Of a stretch of DNA of 64,000 nucleotides, positions 50,548-64,000 are shown in pieces. The DNA comes from Rhizophagus irregularis (taxonomy: Eukaryota), in assembly GCF_026210795.1 (NCBI RefSeq), contig NC_089434.1, positions 2,604,001 to 2,668,000 on the forward strand, read 5' to 3'. Every line of letters starts with the position of its first letter. Positions within the stretch are counted from its first letter, which is position 1. The notes beneath the pieces were generated by a model, which was not told the DNA's origin, did not search any database, and was given only the letters and a program-made list of their open reading frames with translations. The position numbers and the translations under genes are program-made.

Positions 50548-52864
50548 TTATGCAATTTCAGCATACATTTCAATAATTTCATTATGAAATTTTATTTTAG
50601 CTTGATACCTTTTCAATTTTAATGTTGGAGTAAGTAAATTATTTGTCATAGAAAATGGTTTATAAGTTAAATGAACATTTTTTACAATTTCAAACCCCTT
50701 CAAATTATTGATTTTACCATATTTTATAAGAGATTGAAGTAAATATCCTTTAACTTTAGAATCTTCACATAATTCTTGAAAAGATTTTCTACCTAAATTA
50801 TTTTGTTTGGCCCATTTTAAAAGCATTCCTTCATCAGGTACAACAATAGCAACTAATGAAGGTTGTAAAGAATCACCATGAACAAATATTTGGTGAACAA
50901 GTTCATGTTTAATATATATACTTTCGATCTAAAAAAAAAAATTGTTTTTTCATACGTTATTAAAAATAATAATAATAAATAAATAAATAAATAAATAATA
51001 AAGTAAATACCTTATCTGGAATAATATATTCACCCTGAGATAGTTTAAAAATATTTTTTACACGATCTATAATTACTAGACGACCTTGATCATCCCAATA
51101 TCCAATATCACCAGTATGACACCAGCCGTCCTTGTCAAGAGCTTCAGCAGTATTTTCAGGAAGTTTATAATATTCACGAAAAACGCTATGACCACGAACA
51201 CAAATTTCACCTCGAGGATAAGGATTATCTCTTGAAGTATAATTCATTTCTGGTACATCAATTAATTTAACTTCGACGCAAACTTGTGGTGGACCAACGT
51301 GACCAGACGAAGTATCTCCAAACAAAGACTTTTTTTAAAAAAAAAAAAAATTAAAATCGCTCGATAAATCATATATAAATAATTATAATAATAATAGATT
51401 ATCATATCAAAATATTTACCATTGTCAAACAAGCAGCATTTTCAGTTTGACCATATCCTTCATATACATCAACTGAAAAAGCAATTCTCAAAAAATCCAT
51501 AACTTCAGTTGAAATAGGAGCGGCACCAGACAAAATAACTTTAACTCTACCACCAAGTCTAGCTCTAATTGGAGCGAAAACTACACGATCCCACATCCAA
51601 TGATCAACATTTCCTTTATCCAATCCATTTTTTTTCGCATTGTATGCAGCGGTGAACATCCATTGTGCAACACCACCTTTAGCTTTAACTCCAGCCATTA
51701 CTTTATCATAAACACGATTGAGTAAACGTGGAACTGAAATGAATATGGTAGGCTTCAATTCAGCAATGTCATCTAATAATTTCAAGGTATTACCTTGATA
51801 AAATCCAATCGCTACTCCCCCATAAATCATAGTTGCAGTATTAACCAATTCATATACATGGGCTGATGGTAAATATGAAATATGTACATCATCTGTTGAT
51901 GGTAAATAACATTTTCCTTTTTCAGAAAGCCATCTAATACTAGCAACATTTGCCATTATATTTTTATGGGTCAGTACTACACCTTTTGGTGTACCTGTTG
52001 TACCAGAAGTATAACAAATTACGGCAACGTCATTAGGTCTAGCATTTTCAGCATTAATATGATGAACAGATCCATCTCTTTCTATGACAGCAAAATTTAA
52101 TACTCTAATATTAAGTGAATTTGCAAGATCGGTAAATTCTTGATCATATTTATCTATAACGATAATTGTTTGAAGAGTTGGTAATTTATCCTTCATATTA
52201 AGAAGTATTCGACCTTTATCAATTGTAACAATACAATATTCCATCTCAGTTTGATTTATAATATATTCAATAGAATCAATTCCTAAAGTATCATACAATG
52301 GAACTGAAATGAAATTATATTGATGACATGCAAGTTGTGCCATTATCTAAAAAATTTAATCAAGAAATTAATTAAGAATTTAATAAATTATATATCATAA
52401 TTAATAGAAGAAAATATTTACATATTCAGGGGTACTGATTAAGAATATCCCTAAGATTTCTTTAGGTTTAAATCCTAATTTACTTAAACCTGAACCAAAA
52501 TTCGCCACACGTTCTTGTACTTCAATATATGATTGCCAAACATAAGGTCCAGCAACACCATCCCGAATTTCTCGATGTCCCAAGAAATTTCTATTACCTA
52601 TTATTAAAATTTAAATTTTATATAATTCGAATAATTAAAGAGGAAATAATTTACGATTGAATTTGAATATCATAGATAATTTAATAATTTACCTGCTTTA
52701 TTAACACCATGTAAGAAATTTTCGTACAAAGTAGTTGCATTTGGTGGGTGAATAATTAATTTATCAGGACAGAGAGCATTTCTACGAGGTTTTCCTTCTC
52801 CAGGAATATCAGGAGCATCAGCAACTTCGATTGAATATTGTGTTTTCAATTGCGAATAACTCAT
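50548..52864 (-). CDS. Long-chain fatty acyl-CoA synthetase (ACSL/Faa-like), 5 exons
   Basis: [69 protein letters not shown]. Confidence 0.93.
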
Positions 52865-54169
52865 TTACGTTTAATTATTTAAATTTTCTTTTTAACTTTA
52901 TTTTAGCGTAACGAATTCTTTTAAATAAGCTATCTTTATCTCTCTTTTTTTTAATAAAAAATAGATATATGTGAATAATTGTTTGATGTAAAAAAGCAAA
53001 AAAAAAATTGATCATGTACTTAAATAATTTTTCATTTTATTTATATATTCATAAAATCTGCTAAAATTAGACAAAAAAAAAATTGATTCACATTTCCTTG
53101 AAAACTATATATATATATTCGGACATTATAATTAATTAATATAATATAAACAAACATAAATATAAATATAATATATATAGCGGAAAATTTTTTCAAAAAT
53201 GAAAATATAACTAAATGAGAATGGCTGATAGATCATAGTTATTGATTTACTTCGTGTTTAAATATGTACATATTTTTATTTTTTAAAAAGGGAATTATTT
53301 GTTAGTCGGGGATGGAAGAAATTACCCATTATAGGTTTGAATTACAAGATTTTCTATAATAAGCCAAGTTAATCTCTTTTTGATAAACAATAATTTCCAT
53401 TTCTTTATTTTTCTTTTTTATTATCCCCAGAAGGCGATCAAAAGAAAAAAACGGGAAATATTTTAAATTAAAAATCATTGGTACTCAAGCGTTTGGCACA
53501 GGTTTATCCTGAGATCTTCGTATATTATTCTCTTTCTAAAATTAATTAAAAATTTAAATGATTTACTAGTGTCTCTAAAGTGTTTCATAATCTAAATTAA
53601 ATAATGCACGTGATCAAATTAAATTTAACTAAAAATGATGCGTATTTTATAAATTATATAAATTATTTAATATATTGCATTATAATGATTCAATCATAAG
53701 AATACTTAATATAGGAATAATGATACAATTCTCTGCAGTAACAAAAGCCTTTATAAAGACACTTTCAGGGTCGTTACTTATCTCTTGGCAATTTAACGGA
53801 TGGTTGTATAAAAAGAATATTAAAGTTGTGTTCATCTTATCAGTTATAATCTGTATTTCTTTCTTAATACTGAATAAACTTTGTATAATTTTCTTTTTAT
53901 TACAATAAACCAAACCAAAATTAAAGGATTAATTGTTATATATAGACAATGTCTTTTTACTAATCATAATACACGAATTATCATTCATTCGAAATCAGCA
54001 TAGATTATGCTACGCTATGGAGAGATAGATATATAAAGCATAATAAATTATATGTGTGAGGATGTTTTTTTTAAAAGGAAATAAGGAAATCACAAATATT
54101 AATACTAATTTATTGACACAAAAAAAAAGATGTATAAAAAAATGATTTAAATGTGTGACAAACATTTTT

Positions 54170-55394
54170 TCAGCATTCCTTTCTACGTGTTAATGATCTT
54201 TCTTTCTCTGTTTGTCGTAATACCATCATGCTAATAAATTTCTCACGTTCATCAATCATGTTTTCATACTGTTTCAAGTTTTCTTCCTTAGCCGATTCAT
54301 CCAAATTATAGTACATCTTTTTAATGGCCATTAATTGATCGGTTACAAACCTCAATGTATCCGATAAAGGAGATGCTAAGTGAAGAATAATAATGTTATT
54401 TTTTTTTTTTTATGATTAAACAAATAAAAGGAAGAGTTATTTATTTAATAATGATACCATTATGAGCCTTTGCAGCAGTTCGTAGAAACGATATTTTATT
54501 TTCGGTTCGCTTTAATCTTTCAATTTGTATATCATATTTAATCAGTTGCTTTTTTAGCTTGAGATTAAAACATTTCGCCTGGTAAATTCGATTTTTTTTT
54601 ATAATATTTAATAAATACAATTTTAATAGGATTCTCAACAAAAACCTTCATCAAAATACCAAATTAAACAATTATTTACGGCCATAATTTTTTTTCGTAA
54701 TAATTCAATCTCTTTATCAGTTTCTACTTCTACACTTTCATCCACATTAAAATTCACGCCCTGATACAATTAAGAAAGTAAAATAAATATGTTCAATCTT
54801 TAAATTTGAAAAAAAAAAAATAATAAAATTTACCTCATTATGCTTCAATACGACCGTAACATTTTCACGTATAGCAAGAATCTTATGTAACGTGTATATC
54901 TCAAATCGTTCAAAATATTTATCAACCAAATTTTCCAACAACGTTTCAATTTGATGTGTACCCTGTATGACGAAATGTAAAAAAAAAAAAGTTATTCTAT
55001 TCATTCATTCATAAATATATAAAAAAAAAACAAATTATTTTAAAAATTTGATTTTCACATGCACCTGTTCAACTTCTTTTTTATTTTTCAATTCAGAGTT
55101 TACAAAATTATCCATACCAGCAATAGCTATATAAATTAATTCATTAATAGAATTAATTATATCATCAACAAAACTTATTGGTAAAAAACCGAAATGTTCT
55201 GTTATTATTTCATTTCTTATTGCAATATCATTTAAACAAGTTATTTGGTTATTAGGTTGGATTAAATCTGTATCCTCTTCTTCAGAATCTGATACAAGTT
55301 CTAATAGTTTTGATATTTTTTGATATTGAATTTGATATTGCTGCTGCGGTTGTTGTTGTTCTTCTTGTACGTGATGATCTTGTTGCTGGGACAT
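54170..55394 (-). CDS. MIS12: Kinetochore protein Mis12/Mtw1, ~5 exons
   Basis: IITEHFGFLPISFVDDIINSINE and GTHQIETLLENLVDKYFERFEIYTL, followed by coiled-coil exons. Confidence 0.85.
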
Positions 55395-55714
55395 TTTAGT
55401 TTATGTTAAGAAATAAGAAAGGTAATGTTTAAGGATCTATGAACTTTTTTCGGTACAAGAAATTAAAAGAAAAGAAGTTTTTCGCGTTTTTTAAAAAATC
55501 ATTATCATCACGTGATTTAACTGATTATAGTAAGTGAGCATACTTTCTGAAACGATTTTGTTATTCTACCGCAGTTGAAACTATCAGGTGATCATCACAA
55601 TTTTATTTATACAAAAAAATTTTTTTTTTATTTCATATTTCATAACTTTCAATAAATTACAATAAATATTCAATAACTATAAATATGTTTAAATTCTATA
55701 TTTTTTTTTTACTA

Positions 55715-56831
55715 TTATAATACGAACATAGCTATAGTTCCAACACCAGCTAAACCAGTAAGAATATTAGCATTTCTTAAATCACTATTAGGTTTAGCGA
55801 CACTTGTTACTGTAGAGGTTCCCTTTCCGCCTTTAGAAACACTTTTACCATCGCCCAATTGTTTTGGAACATACTGAACACCATTTAAATCAGCGGTAAT
55901 CGAAAGAACATTTTGATTATCACTACCTTGATCATAAAAATCTACAGCAATAAAATTAGGAATTTTATCGAACGTTTGTTGGCATTTTTTAGCATGATCA
56001 GCTAAACTAGCAGAATTTGTGGTGTTCGCTTTATCAGGTTGAGGCACATCAATTGAAGTACTAATTGCTAAAGTACCATATAAGAAATGATTTAGAACGT
56101 ACATCGGACGTTCCTGATTTTTTGGTCTGTCAACTGTACATGTAAATGCATTTGCATTTTCATTTTCGAATGGGGTCTCAAATACATAACTATATTCTGG
56201 CATTAACCTAATAAAAATTTGAACAACATATGTAAATTTTTTTTTTAATAAAATAAAAAGGACAAGAAAAAATTGCTTACCATTGAACAGATGGATCAGC
56301 ACCTGTATCAACAAAATTTACAACTCTTTTACCACTTCCAATCATATCATTCAAAGTAGGCCAATCTTTACCAACTTCTTGAAAATGAGCGTATTTGACA
56401 AACCCAGACTGAGTGTATATACTATTGAACATAGCGGCTGGTACTTTACCAGCATTTTCCCATAATATAGTAATAACTTCATTTGGGTTATCATCTAACC
56501 AAGTACCAATTTGTTTTAAAGTAGTAGCTGCTGGACCTTGATCTAACAAGTCGCATGAGCTATGACATAAATGTACTTCATTTGTATTGTTTGTGGGAAA
56601 GTTGGCATCCAACATAAATCCTCTAATACCATCTTTCAATTGTGTTGGTATATCATAATTTTGGTTCGCCGCTACAGACTTACCATAAGCGTAAGCATTA
56701 TGTGTTGTTGGGTATGCTATACCGGAGTATAGTTTACCACAAAGTTCAGGATAACCATTACATGCTTTTTGTGAACTGACTATTGATGACAATAATGTTA
56801 TGGAAAATATAGTGATAATTATTACTTTCAT
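55715..56831 (-). CDS. Secreted, probably GPI-anchored PLC-like phosphodiesterase (PI-PLC X-like), exons 56831-56281 and ~56208-55715
   Basis: Signal peptide, ACNGYPELC, TTHNAYA, QLKDGIRGFMLD, LCHSSC, PNFIAVDFY, hydrophobic C-terminus. Confidence 0.88.
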
Positions 56832-58943
56832 AATGACAAGAAAATAATATAATATACACTTATTAAATATTTGAAGAAGAGAAAAATGGATTTTTTTTTT
56901 TGAGAATTTTATTTAAATAAATAAATTTTTTTTTTCCAAATTTATTAATTTATTTAAAAACCCCTAATTTTTGAATAAAGTTTCTTGGCTTGTGAAATGG
57001 ATTTTCACTTTCTGAAAATAAAATTTACCGATAAAAAGATATTAGAATTACTGAGGCGGTGTCTATTTATAACTTGTATAAAACCTTTTCCGAAAAATTT
57101 GGACCCGAAAATAAAAGGAGAAGAGGAGGAGAGAAAAAGAATGTGATATATTTATTTAAAAAAAGTGGGTCAATTATACTTATTATCATAATAGCCCCGT
57201 TATTATGTGCATCGGGTGATACCGATAAATAAATAATTTATATTGTATTGTAAACAACTTTATTTTCTTACTATATGAGGTAACTTCATAAATTAAAACA
57301 ATTCTTAAATGAGTAATGATTTATATATTTTTGAAACATGTTTCTTGTTACAGATAATTCAACAAAGGTAATCTTACTAAAAGTTAGATTTTTCCTAAAT
57401 CTCAAAGCCTTCTTTTTCCTAGCCACGATCAAAGCCATTTTTAACGATTTTTTTTCATAAATTTTGTACGAGATGATCGTGATTGGGGGCGAGGTAAGTT
57501 AGGTAACACAAATACCATTTGTTCTTACGGAAATTACAGTAAATAACATGGTAATATAAAAATAGAATAAATAGAACGGAATTATGTTTATTTGGATCTA
57601 TTTATTATCTTGGCAATTTTACTTGGCTTTTATCGGGTAGATCATCACCAGGGTTTCATTTGTGGCTCATCAATTTTTTACATCGGATAACAAGTTTTGA
57701 TTCTGGTAAAAAGTTTAAAAAGTTTATTATCTCTGTAAACGCGCTTAAGAGAGATTAATTTAGTACGAGTTAAAATTATATTTTTACGTTAAAAAAAAAA
57801 GGAGTAAAAAAAAAATAAAACTATTTTTAATGATATCATCCTTAATTCGGTAAACAATAAAAAAAGGAGTTGTTAGTAAAAGGTTTTATTGGTTGAATCC
57901 TAAATTTAAAACGAATCAATTTAAGAAATATAACAATAATAATTTTTAGTTATTTAGTAATCAAGTCTTTTAACCATAAATTGTAATTTGGGTTTTATAT
58001 TTTTATATTGAAACATATTCTTTATTTGACCTGCATATTAGAGTTTCGGAGGGTGATAAGTTACATTAGTTAGATTTTAAGCCGCAACCCTTTTTTTTAC
58101 AATAATGTAAAATAAATGGTAGGGGCGAAATATTACTTTGCAGTTTCACTGGACTTGTAAAGGCTGTATAAACTCGATGGCTGGCATGGCATTGCCGGAT
58201 ATATATATATATAATCATAAGGGACCTATTGAGGGTAATTTTAATTGGTCAAAAAAACCATTAGCGTGGCTTATTTTCAACCAATCATTTATGCATTTCA
58301 TTAAATTATCCATTTATAGTTAATTTTGGTCTAATTTGATTATTTGAAACTTCATTGCTGTAAAAATTAGGGAACCACGAGTTATACACGTGTGAATAAC
58401 GCTACATAAATACGACTTTGCCATTAATAGTTGAAAAAAAAATCATTATATGATAATTTCGAGTTTAGCATTTTCTGCTAAAATTCTGAGTTAATCATTA
58501 ATCAGGTGACTTTAATGCTAGTCAGTCTTACTCTAGTTTTTAATTTTAAAATTTGACTAAAATGACGATGTTCTTTGCATCTCCAAACATTAACTATTTA
58601 GAGTAAAGAACCCCCATGGCAAATTCAAACAATATTTTTAACATTTGTATTAACTATATTTGTATAATTATTTTTTTATCAAAAAAATTTGAAATTTGAA
58701 AAAATTTATAATTCGAATATATGACATTATAATTTAAACCCGAGTACCTAACCATTATCGGTTGATTGTGTAATTTCAAAATGATTTGTTTCAGAATCAA
58801 GTGATGAAAAAATACTAATTCAGAGTAGTATACTGCGCTTATAAGACACATAACTAACTTTTAACACAAAAAGCAATGAACTTTGAAAATTTTATTTTTT
58901 TTTTTGTAGACAAGTAGTATAATTGCTTTATCCGTGCCAAATA

Positions 58944-59243
58944 CCGTATAGCACTGACTAAGGTACCCGGGTACAAATCAAATTTATCCTATTTAAAAAA
59001 TTGAATCGTACTCGGGAGTACTTTTGTATGGAACATGGAAAAATCAGCCAGAATTAGCCTAGTTAGCCTAATTTTACCAGAATTAAAAATTATCCTCTAC
59101 ATATCATATCCGGTATATTATAAGGGCAGCACGCTAAAATGGGGGTTCCTTAGTCAGTGTTATACGGCAGTGATGTGTTGGAATTTGGAGAATTGGAAAT
59201 TCCAATAGCTTCCAATCTTCCAATGCACATCACTGCTATATGG
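58944..59243. mobile_element. Tc1/mariner-type MITE with a 68 bp element nested in its right TIR
   Basis: TIR ccgtatagcactgactaagg / ccttagtcagtgttatacgg; TA at 58942-58943 and 59244-59245. Confidence 0.75.
59168..59235. mobile_element. 68 bp hAT-type mini-MITE
   Basis: TIR cagtgatgtg(c/t).ttggaa / ttccaatgcacatcactg; imperfect 8 bp TSD ttatacgg / ctatatgg. Confidence 0.7.
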
Positions 59244-59815
59244 TAACTACTTCTTCGGTGTTATCAATATGGAATAGGAACTGAAAGCAATGAAAATTAA
59301 AGCATTTGATTCATATTCATATAAGGAAACAGCTATTCACTATAACAATAATGACCTAAAAATGGTACATTTAGGAAATTTCATTGTTAAATGATTTAAA
59401 ATGTTTCTACTACCAGTTGTTTGGGGCTTCCAATACTATTACTCATCTTCATTGGACTTTTCTTCGACAACGAACTCAATGAAAGTTGATATGATTTTAA
59501 TGATATCTTTTCATCTTTATTTGTTTCGATCTAAATAAAATTCAACTTTTTTACGAATTTAATACTTAGTAACTACTGATTTATGAAAATAACAGAATTT
59601 TTATATTATTACAAATTTAATAAAAATGCAGTTTATATATACTTTTAAGGATGATATAATACTTACACTTAGATTTTTTTCTAGACGCATTGACAAGAAA
59701 AACTTTTCATTAAAGTTGTGCATATTTCAAATTGCTTTGTTCGTGTTAGCAAGGATGAGAATACATTTTATGAAAAATGTAAGCCCCATTATTTACTTAT
59801 TTTTAGACTTATACT

Positions 59816-60382
59816 TAGGGATGGCAAAAAACATGTTTTAAAACAATTTTGGCGTTTTAAAACATGTTTTAAACGTGTTCTAAAACATTAAGCACTTTAC
59901 TACGTAATACATATCTGCAATAAAAATTTAAGCATTTTATTATATAATATATATTTAGAGTATAGCCGGACCGACCTTGTTGGAAATTTTATTTGTAATA
60001 GCTTAGTGATACTAGTGATCCTCTACTATTCGTTAAATAAAATGTGCGCTAACTCTTAAAAAAAAAAGAATTATATAATATATTAATTTTAAATCTTTTA
60101 ATCGATCAATTAAATCAATAACTAATGTCATTTCCACAATAATTACACACTTTTGACGAGGTGTTTTTCGCAACTCATTCAAAGTGCTTACGGACGTCTT
60201 CTGATGATGGTCTTCCACGAGAATAATTTTTAAAAAAGTTACAAAAAAGGTTATTAAAAAATAATTACGCAATAATCATGCCGATAAATGTTTTAAAACA
60301 AAAAAAAAAAAAGTTTTAAAACAATAAAAAACTGATTTAAATTGTTTTAAAACATCTTGTTTTAAATCACGTGCCATCCCTA
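59816..60382. mobile_element. hAT-type MITE
   Basis: TIR tagggatggca / tgccatcccta; perfect 8 bp TSD cttatact; gttttaaaac subterminal palindromes. Confidence 0.92.
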
Positions 60383-60710
60383 CTTATACTATACAGCAAC
60401 AAAATATTTTATATCTGGGAACTTCAAATTTATTTCTTAATTTGAAGTATTTTTATTAATTATCTATTGCTAATAAATACATACAGTAATTATCAAAGGA
60501 GAAGGTAAACAAATTGTTCTATTTGCCTATATAACAAAGAAATTCAAATAAAGACTCCAGATCGGCTCCAACCATTGGTTTTCCATTCATGTATTAAATT
60601 TTTAAAAACTTAATTATACATGATTTGATATCATTGATACTTACATTTTCAAATGCGCTTTTTAAGCAGGAAATAAAGTTAAATTGATTTGGAGAGTAAA
60701 ATTTCATTTA

Positions 60711-60910
60711 CCCTATAAAAAAAGAATATCCGGAAATTGACATCGAAAATGTCCGGAAAATGAAAATTGTCCGGAAAATTGCATTATTCCGGACACTTTC
60801 CGGACACTAGGCCTGAGCCCTCCTAGACATTCTAGACATTTTCTGGGAATTCAAAATGTCTTGGCGTCCGGAATATTGCAATTTTTCCGGACATTCTTTT
60901 TTTTATAGGG
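60711..60910. mobile_element. 200 bp MITE with CCC...GGG ends
   Basis: TIR ccctataaaaaaagaat(a/g)tccggaaa; internal tccgga repeats; no exact TSD found. Confidence 0.75.
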
Positions 60911-62992
60911 ATTATTGTTGGTTTTTTAAATTTATTGGACGATACTTTGATTCAAATTTGAATGACTTAATTTAATTATGGTGAAGTAAATTCTACGCAA
61001 ATCACTAAATAATTAAAATATTATATTTTGTCCCTACTATAAGGTATTGTATTGTATAAAATAAGGTAAATTATACGAGCTATGGTGTCAACCCTGAAAT
61101 TCCTGATATAATAATAATTATGATAGTTATTATGAAATATTTCAGGTTATTCGAAAATAATGTTAGTAGATTTTTAATCGTTATCATATGAATGAAACAT
61201 CTTTAAATTAAAATTATTGAATCATTTAAATTTATAAAATTATAATTTTTATTGTTGGTTCAGAATTAATTAAGTTAATTAAGCGGTTTTTTTTATTTGA
61301 ATTTTAAAATAAGGAAAAGTCAAAAAAAAAAAAAGAAATTTGGGAAGGTTTATTGAAATAGCGTTTGGACGGATCCCCAACAAAATAAAGATAGTCTATT
61401 AACTATTTTTTATGGTATTAAACCTACATATTAATGTAGACCTATTATTAGAAACACTATTAAGAAAACAGAATTAAAGATTTTAAACTTTATTCTAATT
61501 AATCAAAAATTGCGAATTCTAAATCACGTGACTTAAGATAAGCAAGTGATACACAAAAAGTTAATTCCGGCCGGAATTATAAACTTAGCCAGAGTTACCG
61601 CCGATCACTGATTATCCATAAAATAAAATAAAAAACTAAATAAATAAAATAGCTTTTATGTTAAATTTGTGATCATTCTGCTACAAATTAAATGGTGCAC
61701 AATCGATTAGAAATGATTAATCGGAATCGAAAATTTAGAATCGAAAATAAATTAATTGATAAACGATTAATCGCGTAATTCAGTCAATTTTGCTTCATGG
61801 AAAAGATTTAATATATATATCATCGGATTCGGTGGTACATGACTTTATAAAACTTTTATGATTACAGTATAAAGAAGCTACAGTATTACAGTCAGCTCTA
61901 TAATATAAGAGGGTGTGCAATTTAAAGAGAATAAAATGAGACCATGTAAAGTTGGAGCTTACATTAATTGGATGGCAAAAATTCAACGTCCAGTCGGAAG
62001 ATAAAATCATTTGTCTTTATAGGCTTATCAATCTCATCAACTCTTGTATTTATTGGCAAATTGTTCAAAAGAATTGGTGTTACAAATAAAGTTGACGAAA
62101 TATGATATTCGGCTGTTTTACTGCCAATTATCGATGAGAAATATAATAAGGAAACTCATGGACTTATGATTCCATTTGGCGTAAATACTGAACGTATTTT
62201 GTATCACAATAATAACAAATAAATAATAGATAAAATAAGTAAATGAAAGAATTATCAAATTCTGAACGTGGAGGAAAACAGTTGACAAGGAGTACCTTAA
62301 ATTTTTGAAATTTTGGATTTAACAAACAAGTGATTTTAGCCATTGCTTCACAAACGAACACAAAGAACCATAATTGGTAAAACCACATTGTTATGAAAGA
62401 AAATATATTTATATACTTCGAAAAATGAAAATGCAAGAAATGAATAGCCTTATTTTTTTTATGAAATATTTAATAGTTATGTTTCCATTTGGCTAATTTG
62501 GAAGCGTTCTGATGCTTCTGGGGGTTAATATGCGGTTGCAGAAGTATCTACTGAACCAATCGGTGTTAAGCGAATTTACGATTGGAATTGAGTTTGAAAA
62601 CAAAGTTTGGTTACACAATTTTATATATTAATCCTTACACAATCTAACTAAAATTCTTTATTATTTTATGTGATGTCGGCCAGTAGGTAATAAAATATTA
62701 GAGTAGTAGGTCTAAATTCTAAAAGAGCCGAACTCTAACCCAGTTCCTTCGTTTGATTATCCGAGCATTTATTTTATTTAGGTTAGTTATCCCTTTTTAA
62801 ATCATTAATTCCATGAATCGTAGAAGTGAATTAGTATTGCGTACGCTATCATGAATAATTAGGTCCAACTATTCTATGCAGAGAAAATATTTCTATTAGC
62901 CAGAATTATTTTATTTTTCCATTTCTAATCATCATATCTGCAAAAATCTTATGAAAAATATAGTTGTTATTAACATAAAATAATATTACTAA

Positions 62993-63016
62993 CTAGGAAA
63001 CGGAACCCGTTGTAAG
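62993..63016 (-). mobile_element. Helitron-like 3' terminus related to the 34188-34721 element; 5' extent not resolved
   Basis: Reverse complement cttacaacgggttccgtttcctag-t matches cttacaatggtttccgtttcctag-t at ~34698-34722. Confidence 0.6.
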
Positions 63017-63618
63017 CAGTGTTGGAAATCAGATTATTTTTATACGCGCAGAACGTACATTATTCATATAAAATAAATAATATTATTTCAAGGAGTCACT
63101 GATTTTCACGGCTGCGTCGTGAAAGTCATTGATATCCACAGTTCCCCGTGAAATAACTTACGTATAAAGCGCCATTATGAAAAAATATCGCGTACAATCA
63201 TGTACGCTGCATCCATCACTGATCGAGATAAACTAGATTTACGATTTTATTGGCTGATGATCATGTGAATGGATAAAATAAACACCCGTGACCGTAGATT
63301 TTTCATATCGAAGGTTCATCATAATACAGTAAAATTTCAAAAAAGGTAAAATTAGTAAAAATAGAAATTTTATCTTTGATTGGTTCATCAGTATAATGCA
63401 CAAATAAATAAATGTCAATAATTAGCAGGAAAAAAAAACTATTTTTACCTTATAAATATTTAAATTTCAGAACCAATTTTTTTTTATAGCTATTACGCCT
63501 AATAATTTTATCGGTTTTCTTCTACGACACAATAAAATATTGCTCTTTTTGTAATGCCAAATAAGGTCTTATTAAAAAAATTTGTTCTACCTGAATCCTC
63601 ACGTAATATTTATCAAAA

Positions 63619-64000
63619 ATGGGTATAATTTTCTTGACACTTTTAGGTATGTTAAACACATTGCCTTATCTGATCATTTTTTTTTTTTTTTGTAGAGTAC
63701 AAAATTGAGAATGTAAATAACCTAAAAAAAAGATGTGAAAAAGCCATGAAGATTGTTCCAAATTATGGCGAATTCACAAAAAATTATTTTTCTATTAAAA
63801 AAGAAAAGCTAAGTGATATCATTACACAATGGCAAAACAATTATCCAGATTTGTATTACGAATTAGAGCAATGGAAGGAAGGAACCGGATTTACACATGA
63901 AACGATAGCCTTACTTCGCAAAACCAAAAGCAAAAAAGTAGTAGAATGCGTATTTCTAAAGATTTACGAATCGGAAGGGACTGATATCCTAAACTGTGTT
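63619..64000 (+). CDS. 5' part of a hypothetical protein gene (exon 63619-63646, exon from 63696 open to window end)
   Basis: ATG..ttttag|gtatgt intron ..tgtag|; spliced frame MGIIFLTLLEYKIENVNN.. stays open for ~110 aa. Confidence 0.6.

Noticed and set aside
53675..62436. Short ORFs at 53675, 53680, 58138, 58654, 59626, 60033, 61795 and 62164
   Set aside because: Short, AT-biased, no recognisable motifs, some within MITEs; they cannot be supported as genes

Overview
AT-rich, intron-containing eukaryotic (fungal) DNA. The gene set, short AT-rich introns and transposon spectrum most resemble an arbuscular mycorrhizal fungus (Glomeromycotina, Rhizophagus-like); this is an inference, not a database result. 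About 1-40.6 kb is a nested transposon graveyard: two tandem RNase H-containing LINE copies, CACTA/Tnp2, MULE, Sola-like, DUF6589-like and hAT transposase relics, Helitrons, many MITEs with resolvable TSDs, a tRNA-headed SINE-like retroposon and a 2.84 kb palindrome. About 41.4-56.8 kb is a compact block of housekeeping genes: DUF1279/FAM210-like, HECT_2/Ipa1-like, mitochondrial PheRS, RNR1, long-chain acyl-CoA synthetase, Mis12 and a secreted PLC-like phosphodiesterase. The rest is MITE-rich intergenic DNA plus one gene start. The most unusual signal is a non-autonomous CACTA element (22275-25508) carrying ~16 micro-exon/intron cassettes whose 5' splice site and branch point each sit inside a hairpin; a Helitron-like element at 34188-34721 shows a similar design. 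RNR1 appears to lack its C-terminal redox CxxC tail and needs a GA-AG intron. Exon and element boundaries were read by eye and may be off by a few bases.
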